Shown piece after piece: positions 1-8,252 of a stretch of DNA of 64,000 bases. The notes under the pieces were generated by a model. The model was given only the letters and a program-made list of their open reading frames with translations. It ran no database searches and was not told the origin of the DNA. A program made the position numbers and the translations under genes. Numbering within the stretch: the first letter of the stretch is position 1; each line of letters begins with the position of its first letter. Origin of the DNA: Candidatus Krumholzibacteriota bacterium (GTDB lineage Bacteria > Krumholzibacteriota > Krumholzibacteriia > JAJRXK01); contig CAVXTH010000005.1 of the NCBI GenBank assembly GCA_963764625.1, forward strand, positions 128,001 to 192,000. Direction: 5' to 3'.

Positions 1-280
1 CGCCCGCGGGCGGCGCGGGCTTCTGAGCGCTCGCCTTGCCCCGCAGTTCCAGCTGCGCCGATTCCACGCCGTCCAGAGCCTCCAGGGCGGCCTGGGTATC
101 TCTCTGAATGGAGCGCAAGGTCTCAAGATCGTCGATGCCATGCTCGAGCAGAACACGGACGGTGGCGCCCTCGATCCTGATTTCCTTGACCAGGCCGAAG
201 GAGACGATGTCCCGCTGAAAACCGGGATACTTCACCGTTTTCAATGCGTTTTCGACCTGCTGCTGGCTGAGGCTGGACAT
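1..280 (-). CDS. apbC: Mrp/ApbC (NBP35) Fe-S cluster carrier ATPase, N-terminal DUF59/FeS_assembly_P domain; runs off the window
   Basis: Not in the ORF track. Manual translation from ATG at 280 gives MSSLSQQQVENALKTVKYPGFQRDIVSFGLVKEIRIEG..., the typical Mrp N-terminus (V.YPGF.RDIVSFG.V). AGGAAAG SD upstream. The ATPase domain lies outside the window. Confidence 0.75.
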   Translation of the reverse strand, partial: MSSLSQQQVENALKTVKYPGFQRDIVSFGLVKEIRIEGATVRVLLEHGIDDLETLRSIQRDTQAALEALDGVESAQLELRGKASAQKPAPPAG

Positions 281-434
281 GATCCGCTCTTTCCTGGAAG
301 GTGGAGGCGGGGATGAGTCCCCGGGCGTCGACGATCCTCGCGGCGGAGCATGCGAGGCGTCCCCGCGAGCCTTCAAACAAGTATGGCTTGCGCCTTAGGG
401 CAAGCCGAAGAATCAGAACGCGCGCGCCTCCATC

Positions 435-1193
435 ATGCGACTGAGCGTCATCATCATTGCCCGCGACGAAGAGGATAAGCTTCCGGGAGCTCTGGCCAGC
501 GTTCGCGCCTTCGCCGATGAAATCGTGCTGGTCGATACGGGCAGCGAGGACTCGACCCCCAAGATCGCCCGTGCCGAAGCCAAGCTGCGCTTCTTCGCCA
601 CTCCCTTCGAGAACTTCAGTCAGGCCAAGCAGAGAGCTTTGGACGAAGCGACTGGGGAGTGGGTTCTGGCCCTGGACGCCGACGAGCGGGTGTCGGTGAC
701 CCTGGCGCGCAAGATCGCGCAGCTGCAGGCCAATCAGCAGCTGGTGGGGATGGGAGGGTTCCGGATCCGGCGGCGCAATTTCATTCTGGGACGAGAGATG
801 AAGTCGATGGGGCTTCAGCACGACACCCAGCTCCGGCTTTTTCGCCGCGAGGGGGCGCGGTACAACGGTCACCTGGTGCACGAGGGAGTCCAGCTCCCCT
901 CCGGTACTCCGATCGGGCTCCTCCAGGAACCGCTCGACCACTACACTTTCGGGGGCATCGACAACTATCTGCGCAAGATGGATCTGTATACCAGCTTGGA
1001 GATCCGCGAGGGAGGCCGCCGATTCGGCCTGTGGCACCTCATCTCGAGTCCGCCGAGCACTTTCTGCCGGATTTACCTGTTCCGTGGGGGCTGGCGCGAC
1101 GGATTTCCGGGCTTCTTATGGGCCAGTCTGACCGTGCTGGGGCGCTTTCTACGCGACGTGAAGCTCTGGATCCAGAGCCTGGAAGAAGCCTAA
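435..1193 (+). CDS. Glycosyltransferase family 2 (KdtX/WaaE/LgtF-like beta-1,4-glucosyltransferase)
   Basis: LSVIIIARDEE, VDTGSEDST, WVLALDADE (DxD), VHE, and YLFRGGWRDGFPG C-terminal signature of the LPS-core GT2 subfamily. Confidence 0.88.
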   Translation: MRLSVIIIARDEEDKLPGALASVRAFADEIVLVDTGSEDSTPKIARAEAKLRFFATPFENFSQAKQRALDEATGEWVLALDADERVSVTLARKIAQLQANQQLVGMGGFRIRRRNFILGREMKSMGLQHDTQLRLFRREGARYNGHLVHEGVQLPSGTPIGLLQEPLDHYTFGGIDNYLRKMDLYTSLEIREGGRRFGLWHLISSPPSTFCRIYLFRGGWRDGFPGFLWASLTVLGRFLRDVKLWIQSLEEA

Positions 1194-1807
1194 CCGCTCG
1201 GCTCCAGTTGGCGGGCAGCTCTCTCCCTACCCATCTCCACGTACTCCTCGAAGGGATGATCGGGCGCCAGCTCTTGCAAGATGTCGTAGATCTGGAGCGC
1301 CTTCTCCGTGGTCTCCTGGCGCCGCAGGTAATCGTCCGCGATCTGGAGCATGCCTTTCACCGCGCGCAGGCACTTCGCATCGGCCTGAAGCAAGTAGGCG
1401 TAGATCCGTTGCGCCACTTCGAAGTGAAGGGTCGAGCGTTGCACCGAACCCAACTTGAGCCACTGGTCGGTCTGCAGCTCGAAGGAATCCCATTGCTCAC
1501 CGAAGGGAGCGAGGGCTTCGCTCACGGCCGAGAGGTTGCCCACCGAGACGGCGAGCTGTACCGCCTCCTTGGCGGTGCTCAGCGCATCGTCTTCGCCGAG
1601 TCTCTGCTTAAGCACGGCAATGCGGCTCAGAACCAGAGCGTGCGGACCGCGCGCGGCCAGAAACTCGAGCATCTGGGTGAGAGCCTGACGCGGATCTTCC
1701 TCCGCCAAATGCTCGTTGGACTTGAGCGTATCGATGACGCTGGCCGTCGCCTGATCGTTGGTCAGCACTGTCGACTGACGATCTGGAACTTGAGAACGGT
1801 CGGGCAT
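1190..1807 (-). CDS. Hypothetical all-helical (TPR-like) protein, 205 aa
   Basis: ORF 1190..1903; start moved to ATG 1807, which has an AAGGAG SD. Helical-repeat-like pattern. Stop overlaps the GT2 stop by 4 nt. Confidence 0.65.
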   Translation of the reverse strand: MPDRSQVPDRQSTVLTNDQATASVIDTLKSNEHLAEEDPRQALTQMLEFLAARGPHALVLSRIAVLKQRLGEDDALSTAKEAVQLAVSVGNLSAVSEALAPFGEQWDSFELQTDQWLKLGSVQRSTLHFEVAQRIYAYLLQADAKCLRAVKGMLQIADDYLRRQETTEKALQIYDILQELAPDHPFEEYVEMGRERAARQLEPSG

Positions 1808-1876
1808 CGCGACTCCTTGAATCCCGGGCTGACTCCTCACCGGGCCCACCTCGGCCCGGAGTTTCACCCTCCGTCT

Positions 1877-1892
1877 GGCAAAGATCAGGCCG
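1877..1892 (-). promoter_or_regulatory. Candidate sigma54 (-24/-12) promoter
   Basis: Minus strand CGGCCTGATCTTTGCC = GG-N10-GC with TTTGC at -12; about 71 nt upstream of ATG 1807. Confidence 0.45.
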
Positions 1893-2012
1893 CACGCACC
1901 CACACGCGCGGACGGAGTTCCCCATCGCGTCTCGTTGTTTCTCAGAATGTTTCGAGGATCGATCTGCGTGGCCGCCCCACGGACGCAAAAGGCCTGGACC
2001 GCCCGAATCGGC

Positions 2013-2354
2013 TCAGGAACCGAAGGATGCGACCGCTTCGTCTTCTTTGTCGAAGTGCTCGAAGACCAGCCCGAGTTGGGTCACGTGGAGGATGTTGTCG
2101 ATCCGATCGCTCATCTCGCAGATCTTCATCCGGCCGCCGTTCTTGACCAGACTCGTATAGGCCGAGACCATCAGCCCCAGGCCGGTGCTGTTGATCCACT
2201 TCACTCGAGACATGTTCAAAAGGATGTCGATCTTGCCCTCGGTGACCAGGGACTTGATGGTGTCGTGGAAGAGGTTGAAGTCGTCGCCGCCCATGATTTT
2301 TCCGGAGAGTTCGAGGATTACGACATCTCCATTTTCGCGCTGTTTGATCTTCAC
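2013..2354 (-). CDS. STAS-domain anti-sigma-factor antagonist (RsbV/SpoIIAA-like)
   Basis: 113 aa; LLNMSRVKWINSTGLGLMV matches the D/N-S-S/T-G-L phosphoserine motif; GGAGG SD before GTG. Confidence 0.92.
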   Translation of the reverse strand: MKIKQRENGDVVILELSGKIMGGDDFNLFHDTIKSLVTEGKIDILLNMSRVKWINSTGLGLMVSAYTSLVKNGGRMKICEMSDRIDNILHVTQLGLVFEHFDKEDEAVASFGS

Positions 2355-2605
2355 CGGGGCCTCCAGTATTGAGCCAGCAGAATGAGACGGGATCGGGATC
2401 GGACGGAGCCCATACCACCAACAGAAGCAGCGGCTTCATCCACGACCATTGCAGGGTACTGGAGAGCTGCCCACAATTCAAGTCGCGTCGAAGCGCTCGA
2501 GGCGCTCTTGCCAAGCCCGGACTTCGGCCGCATCTTGGCGAAACCCTCTCGGAGATACCGAGCGCGCTTCGGTGCGGTCGGAGCATCAACTCGCGGAGCC
2601 CATCG

Positions 2606-3424
2606 ATGCATCGAACTCTTCCAGTCCCGTTGCTTAGCGCCGCGCTGGTAGTCCTCACCCTCTCGGGTTGGGTCCCTTGCGTGCGCGCCCAGGCCGTCAC
2701 CGTTGCTTCGCAACCCTCGGACCAGACGACCTCACGTCCTCCCTTCCCTTTTACCCCCGCCCATCTGGAACGCGCGTGGCAGGAGGCCGGCACGCGCCAA
2801 TCGCTCTTGGTCTTGGGAGCGGGCCTGGCCGCGAGCGTCGCCATCTATCCTCTCGACGACGAGATCTCCGATCGCTTCTACCAGCAGAAACCCCTGGGGC
2901 CTGACGCACACAACATCGGCGCCCAAATGGGGCACCGGAAGTACGTCGCGCTCATGAGCGCCGGCCTCATCGCCTCCGGGCAGTTGATCGGCAACCGGCG
3001 GATTCGCGACACCGGGTTTCTCTACGCGGAGTCGAACCTCATCACCGCCGGTCTCAACACGCTTCTCAAGAAGGGCGTCGGACGGGTCCGTCCTGACGGC
3101 AGCAACGACAAGAGCTTTCCCTCGGGACACGCCAGTTCTTCCATGGCCTCGGCTCGCGTCCTCCAGGCTCGCTTTGGCTGGTGGGTCGGGGCTCCCGCCT
3201 ATCTCGCGTCCGGGTACATCGGGCTCTCGAGGGTCCAAGGTAAGAAGCACTTTCCCAGCGACGTCATTTTTGGATGGGTCCTCGGATTCACCGTGAGCTC
3301 GGCCCTTGTCCGAGCCTCGGAGCCTCGTCCCGGCGAAGAGGGATTCGAGAAGAGCGGCGTGTCATGGCTGCCCCCGCCCGATCCCCAAGATATGGGCCTG
3401 GCTCTGCTTCGCGTCCGCTTCTAG
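2606..3424 (+). CDS. PAP2-family phosphatase with signal-peptide-like N-terminus
   Basis: Motifs KKGVGRVRP, SFPSGH, SRVQGKKHFPSDV; start placed at ATG 2606 (GGAG SD) inside ORF 2369..3424. Confidence 0.85.
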   Translation: MHRTLPVPLLSAALVVLTLSGWVPCVRAQAVTVASQPSDQTTSRPPFPFTPAHLERAWQEAGTRQSLLVLGAGLAASVAIYPLDDEISDRFYQQKPLGPDAHNIGAQMGHRKYVALMSAGLIASGQLIGNRRIRDTGFLYAESNLITAGLNTLLKKGVGRVRPDGSNDKSFPSGHASSSMASARVLQARFGWWVGAPAYLASGYIGLSRVQGKKHFPSDVIFGWVLGFTVSSALVRASEPRPGEEGFEKSGVSWLPPPDPQDMGLALLRVRF

Positions 3425-3431
3425 TCCTTCC

Positions 3432-3448
3432 CTGGCACGCCCCCTGCT
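3432..3448 (+). promoter_or_regulatory. Candidate sigma54 (-24/-12) promoter
   Basis: CTGGCACGCCCCCTGCT versus consensus YTGGCACGNNNNTTGCW (one mismatch); about 78 nt upstream of the M61 start. Confidence 0.6.
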
Positions 3449-3524
3449 TTTCTCCTCCTGATGCTCGGGGGGGCACGGCCGGGACGGTGACGCCATCTAC
3501 GGGAAGAACCGGACGCAGGGTAGC

Positions 3525-4994
3525 GTGTCGATCCTTGGCCAGCCGAGGGTTCAGCGCAAAGGCCAACCGCTTTGGCGAGCTTTGGCGGTGGGTCTAATCA
3601 CCGCAGTGGTGGGCGGAGTCATTCTGGGCCTCACCCTGCGGACCGACCCGGATGGGGAACAGTTCGACCTCAGCTATACGATTCACGTGCTCGACGCCCA
3701 GAACGGGGTGCTCGAGATCAGCGTGCACGCTGCGAACATGCACGCGCGGAATCTCTACCTCACGACCGCGAGCACGGACGCCCAGGACACTCATCTGCCA
3801 GCGAGGATTCGGCTTCGGGAGACTCGCAACGCCCTGGGACAACCGGCAGAAGTGGAGCGAGGCGAGAACCACTGGAAGATCCGAGCGAAGGGCGGCGGGG
3901 TCGAGGTCCGCTATGAGACCTGGCTCAAGGCGGGTCTCTCCGGAGGCGAATTCACGCAACAGACCCTGAGTCACATCGACGGGCACGGCGCTCGTCTGGT
4001 GGGAAGCGACATCTTCGCGTTTCCCGTCTTCGCCGCTCCCCGGAACATCCGCGTGAGCTACGACATGCCGAGTTCCTGGGTCCTGATCAATCCCTTCCAA
4101 ACCGGCGCGACCACCGCGGTGTATCCGGACGTGAAGTCTCTCTACCACTCGGCGGTGGGGCTGGGAGAGTACCACGTCCTGGAGCGCACGGTTCGTAATT
4201 GCCGTTTGCGCGTGGCAATCCGCGGCAAGTACCGCTTCCTGGATCAGGACCTACTGGACACCGTGAGTCAACTCGCCGCGGTCCAGATGGACATCTTCGG
4301 CGGAGCGCTGCGAAAGGAATACGTATTTCTGGTGAACCCACACCCTCTGTCCGGCGATCCGCAAACCGTGCGCTACTTCGGGTTGCACTACGAAGGCAGC
4401 ATGATCCTCTTGATCGATTCGAACACCGACCGGGATCGTCTGCAGAAGGAACCGGCGCAGCTTTGCGCTCACGAATTCTACCACAATTGGTGCGGGGAGC
4501 TGATTCGGCAGAATGGTTATGACATGAACTGGTTCATCGAAGGGGTCACCGAGTTCTACGCCTACCAGACCCGACTCGAAGCGGGGATCATGAGTTTCCC
4601 CGAATACGCGCGCGTTCTCAACGAGCGCTTTCACCAGGAGTACGAACTCAGCCCCTTACGCGGCAAGACGAGTCTGGCGTGGGCCGGAAAGGAAGTGCTC
4701 GTCGACGGGGAGACCACTCAGTTCATGTACAGCTGCGGCCTCTTCGTGGCCTCCGCCCTGGACGCCCAGATCGACGAGCTCACGCAGCAGAAGAGCAGCC
4801 TCGACGACCTCATGTTCCTCCTGGCGCAAAGGGCCTTGAAGGACCCCCAGTTCATTCTCACTCGCGAGACCCTCGAGAAAAGTCTGTCCGACCTGACCGG
4901 ATTCGACTTTCACGATTGGCTGGGAAAGTACGTCTATTCCACCCAGACGCCGCGGCTCCCCTCGTACATCACGCGCGAAATGGCGATGCGTTGA
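3525..4994 (+). CDS. M61-like (glycyl aminopeptidase) zinc metallopeptidase, N-terminal membrane anchor, no PDZ domain
   Basis: AHEFYHNW (HExxH), WFIEGVTEFY (third ligand E), GLHY and MYSCG...LD motifs; hydrophobic segment near the N-terminus. Confidence 0.8.
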   Translation: MSILGQPRVQRKGQPLWRALAVGLITAVVGGVILGLTLRTDPDGEQFDLSYTIHVLDAQNGVLEISVHAANMHARNLYLTTASTDAQDTHLPARIRLRETRNALGQPAEVERGENHWKIRAKGGGVEVRYETWLKAGLSGGEFTQQTLSHIDGHGARLVGSDIFAFPVFAAPRNIRVSYDMPSSWVLINPFQTGATTAVYPDVKSLYHSAVGLGEYHVLERTVRNCRLRVAIRGKYRFLDQDLLDTVSQLAAVQMDIFGGALRKEYVFLVNPHPLSGDPQTVRYFGLHYEGSMILLIDSNTDRDRLQKEPAQLCAHEFYHNWCGELIRQNGYDMNWFIEGVTEFYAYQTRLEAGIMSFPEYARVLNERFHQEYELSPLRGKTSLAWAGKEVLVDGETTQFMYSCGLFVASALDAQIDELTQQKSSLDDLMFLLAQRALKDPQFILTRETLEKSLSDLTGFDFHDWLGKYVYSTQTPRLPSYITREMAMR

Positions 4995-4998
4995 GACG

Positions 4999-6024
4999 CT
5001 ACTCCATTTGCTCGATGCGACGCATGGTCACTCCGCCCTGCATGAAATCGAGATAGTTCTCGTAGGGCGCGGTGCGGTCGTCGAGATCCTCGAGGAGCTC
5101 CAACGGAACCTGGCAGCTAATGGCCTGAAAGTTTCCCTCGAGTTGCTCGAGAGTGCGGGGACCGATGATCGCGCTGGTTACGAGTTCCTGGCTCAGGACC
5201 CAGCTCAAGGCCAGAGCCACCGGGCTGGTTTCGAGCTCGGCCGCTTTCTGCTTCAGAAGATCGATGACCTGGAAGTTCTGCTCGGTCCACATCCGTTCCC
5301 GCCAGGTGTACATGACGTCGTCCTGGGGCAGGTTGGACATTCTGGCTCCCTTGGGTCCCCCCTCGAGAGTGTACTTACCGGTGAGCATCCCGAACGCCAG
5401 TGGACTCCAGGCGAGGATTCCCAGATCGTATTCCTCGCAGGCCGGAATCAAGCCCACCTCGATGTCCCGGCACAGGAGATTGTACTGGGGCTGGGTGACC
5501 ACGAAGCTCTCCAGGCCCTCCTTTTGCGCCCTCTCCATGGCCAGAACCAGTTGCCATCCGGTGAAGTTGCAGCATCCGAGGTAACGCACCTTCCCCTGAT
5601 GCACCAGATCGCTGAGAGCGGAGAGGGTTTCCTCGATGGGGGTGAGCGGGTCCCAAATGTGAATCTGGTAGAGATCGATGTAGTCGGTGTCGAGGCGACG
5701 TAGCGAGTGTTCCACCTGCTCGAAGATGTTCTTGCGGCTCAAGCCGGTTTGGTTGGGACCGTCGCCCTCGGGAAAGAAACACTTGGTGGCCAGGACGAGC
5801 TTCTCTCTTTTTCCCTTGAGGAACTTGCCGATGATCTCTTCGCTGCGCCCGGCGGCGTAGCGGTTGGCGGTGTCGATGAAGTTGCCGCCGCGATCGACGT
5901 AGGAGGCGAGGATGTCCAAGCTGGTCTCTTCATCGCATCCCCAGCTCTCATTTCCGAAGTTCATGGTGCCCAGGCAGAGGGGATGAACCAGAAGGCCGGT
6001 TCTTCCCAAAAGTCGATAGCTCAT
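4999..6024 (-). CDS. Aldo/keto reductase
   Basis: LCLGTMNFG, DTANRY, LATK, IDLYQIH, QPQYNLL, WSPLAFG. Confidence 0.95.
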   Translation of the reverse strand: MSYRLLGRTGLLVHPLCLGTMNFGNESWGCDEETSLDILASYVDRGGNFIDTANRYAAGRSEEIIGKFLKGKREKLVLATKCFFPEGDGPNQTGLSRKNIFEQVEHSLRRLDTDYIDLYQIHIWDPLTPIEETLSALSDLVHQGKVRYLGCCNFTGWQLVLAMERAQKEGLESFVVTQPQYNLLCRDIEVGLIPACEEYDLGILAWSPLAFGMLTGKYTLEGGPKGARMSNLPQDDVMYTWRERMWTEQNFQVIDLLKQKAAELETSPVALALSWVLSQELVTSAIIGPRTLEQLEGNFQAISCQVPLELLEDLDDRTAPYENYLDFMQGGVTMRRIEQME

Positions 6025-6059
6025 CGGTCGACTCCCGTTGGAAGGGGTGATGGAAGAGA

Positions 6060-6089
6060 ATTGTAGCGCCCCGCCTGGCCGCGTGTCAT
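6060..6089 (-). promoter_or_regulatory. Candidate sigma70 promoter for the aldo/keto reductase
   Basis: ATGACA-N18-TACAAT on the minus strand. Confidence 0.5.
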
Positions 6090-6130
6090 CCTCTCGACTC
6101 TCGAGGTTCGATCGACGGGAACTGGGACGA

Positions 6131-6853
6131 ATGCTCTACGGGATTCTACCTGTGGCCGAGGCGCTGAGACAGCAGCGACGCGAACTCCGCCGTCTCTATC
6201 TGAAGTCCGGCACCTCATCCGCGCGGCTCAAGGAGATCCTGCGCCTCGCGCGCGCGGCCAAAGTCCGCTACGAAGAAAAATCAGCGCACGAACTGAGCGG
6301 GCTGGCCGGGACTCGACACCATCAGGGCGTGGTCCTCGACTGCGGGGCCCTCCCCCTCCTCTCCCTCGAAGAGGTCTTGGCCCCCGCGGGAAGCCGCTCC
6401 CTGCTGGTGGCCCTGGATCAGATCGAGGACCCGCAGAATCTGGGCGGAATCGCCCGCTCCGCCGCCTTCCTCGGAGCCCACTCGTTGCTCGCGCCGCGCG
6501 CTCACTCGGCCCCCTTCTCCCCCGCCGCCTCGAAGGCCTCGGCCGGAGCGCTCGAGTTCTTCCCGGTGGTGGAAGTACCGAATCTGGCCATGGCTCTGCG
6601 CCGCCTGGCGGAGGATGGCTATCTCGTGATCGGCGCCGCGTTGGAGGATGCGGTGGATTTTCACGAAGTACAGCCGACAGAGCGCTGCGTCCTGGTGCTC
6701 GGTAGCGAAGGTGGGGGATTGCGCCAGCTCACACGCAAGCGATGCGACTGGCTGGTTCAGATTCCGCGGATCTCGTCTCAAGCCACGGAAATGGAGTCGC
6801 TGAACGTGAACGTGGCCGCGGGAATTCTGCTCTCGCACTTCGGTCGAAGTTAG
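6131..6853 (+). CDS. rlmB: 23S rRNA Gm2251 2'-O-methyltransferase RlmB (SpoU/TrmH family)
   Basis: LYGILPVAEAL, HQGVV, LDQIEDPQNLGGIARSA, LGSEGGGL, ESLNVNVAAG; start ATG 6131. Confidence 0.85.
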   Translation: MLYGILPVAEALRQQRRELRRLYLKSGTSSARLKEILRLARAAKVRYEEKSAHELSGLAGTRHHQGVVLDCGALPLLSLEEVLAPAGSRSLLVALDQIEDPQNLGGIARSAAFLGAHSLLAPRAHSAPFSPAASKASAGALEFFPVVEVPNLAMALRRLAEDGYLVIGAALEDAVDFHEVQPTERCVLVLGSEGGGLRQLTRKRCDWLVQIPRISSQATEMESLNVNVAAGILLSHFGRS

Positions 6854-7599
6854 AAACGCAATTCCAGGATGGCGAAGTAGCTGTTGCGCAGAAGGCTCGT
6901 GCGGTTGCGATTGAGCTGGTAGATTCCATCGTCGAGAGCCTGTCCCCAGCGCCGCCTCAGCCAGGGCAATCTCGAGAAGAGAATTTCGAAGAAAACGAAA
7001 CTGGGCCAGTGCATGCGTACTTCGCGACACACGCTGCGCATGTACTCCACTCTCTCTTTGAGGATCGGGCACTCTTCGGGTGATCCCTCCCGCATCACGC
7101 CCTCTTCATAGAGCGAGGAGCTGAGGTAACGCCGGATGAGCGGGTTGAGAGCCATGTTCTCCACGAAGAGACCCAGGCCATTCGGTTTGACCACCCGCTT
7201 GAGCTGGTCGATCGAGCGGTCGACGTCGGTATGGTGCAGGATGTACTGACCGACCGCGACGTCGACGCAATGATCCCGCAGCGGAAGCTCCTCGAAGGTC
7301 GAGGCCATCATCGATACCGCGACACCGTGATGCCGGGCGTATTCCTGGGCCAGTCGCGCCATGTTCTGCGCGATGTCGAAGCCCACGACGCGCGCGCCCT
7401 CCTGCGCGCACCACGCTGCGATGGCGCCCAATCCACTTCCGCAATCGAGCACGGTGAGATTTTCGAGGGAGGGCAGGATCTCGCGCCACGCGGCCAGCCA
7501 GACCTCCTGCTCCATGTATTGCTCGGGCGTGATCGCCAGCCGCTCGCGATAATCGCTCGCAGCTGCGCGTTCATCCCAATAGTCGATCTCTTCGCTCAT
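6850..7599 (-). CDS. Class I SAM-dependent methyltransferase
   Basis: VLDCGSGLG motif I, GFDIA, ILHH, VKPNG; ATGA-coupled to the upstream peroxiredoxin-like gene. Confidence 0.85.
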   Translation of the reverse strand: MSEEIDYWDERAAASDYRERLAITPEQYMEQEVWLAAWREILPSLENLTVLDCGSGLGAIAAWCAQEGARVVGFDIAQNMARLAQEYARHHGVAVSMMASTFEELPLRDHCVDVAVGQYILHHTDVDRSIDQLKRVVKPNGLGLFVENMALNPLIRRYLSSSLYEEGVMREGSPEECPILKERVEYMRSVCREVRMHWPSFVFFEILFSRLPWLRRRWGQALDDGIYQLNRNRTSLLRNSYFAILELRF

Positions 7600-8198
7600 G
7601 TACCTTGCACGTACTTCACCGAGCAGCCGTAGGGCTTCTCATGCGTGACCTCCACCGGCTTCCCTGCGAGAGCCGCCTTCACCGCGTCCACTACGTAATT
7701 GGTATTTCCTCTACCTATGGGCTTGGGATTGTCGTCGATGGCTCCACTGTAGAGCAGCGTACCGTTTTTGCCGATCACGAACATCTGGGGGGTGGTCTTC
7801 GCGCCGTACTTCTTGCCCACCGTGCCACTTCGGTCCAGCAGAATGGGGTTCTTTATGCCCTGACTTTCGGCCCACTTCTTCTCCGCATCCGCGGTCACGA
7901 AGTGCGAGCTGTCCACCCCCAGATGCACCACTTTGTTTTCCTTGCAGTACGCGTCCAGGTCGGACATGACCTTGTTGGCATAGACGTTCTCCACGAAGGG
8001 ACACTGAGGATTGGTCCACTCCAGCACCACGATCTGTCCTTCATAGTCGCTCAGAGTGTGGGTCGTTCCCGAAAAGTCGGTCAGGGCAAAGTCGGGGACT
8101 TTCGAACCCACCGCGAGATCTTCCGCGAAGGCCGAAGAGGGTGCGATAACGGCGGCCGCAAAGAGCGCCAGTCCGGCGATTCGAAAAGCTCGATGCAT
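7596..8198 (-). CDS. Exported thioredoxin-fold peroxiredoxin-like protein (AhpC/TSA, PrxL type)
   Basis: Sec signal ending AFA; PDFALTD, VLEWTNPQCPFV, YGAKTTP, YSGAIDD, PYGCSVKY; AGGAGG SD before ATG 8198. Confidence 0.88.
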   Translation of the reverse strand: MHRAFRIAGLALFAAAVIAPSSAFAEDLAVGSKVPDFALTDFSGTTHTLSDYEGQIVVLEWTNPQCPFVENVYANKVMSDLDAYCKENKVVHLGVDSSHFVTADAEKKWAESQGIKNPILLDRSGTVGKKYGAKTTPQMFVIGKNGTLLYSGAIDDNPKPIGRGNTNYVVDAVKAALAGKPVEVTHEKPYGCSVKYVQGT

Positions 8199-8252
8199 GA
8201 GATTCCTCCTACGTTCGAGGTTCAAAGGGGGAGATTCTGACGATTGATGATT

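Noticed and set aside
281-434. Three short hairpins in the mrp/GT2 divergent spacer as an ncRNA
   Set aside because: Stems of 5-7 bp in very GC-rich sequence, with no recognisable RNA family signature.
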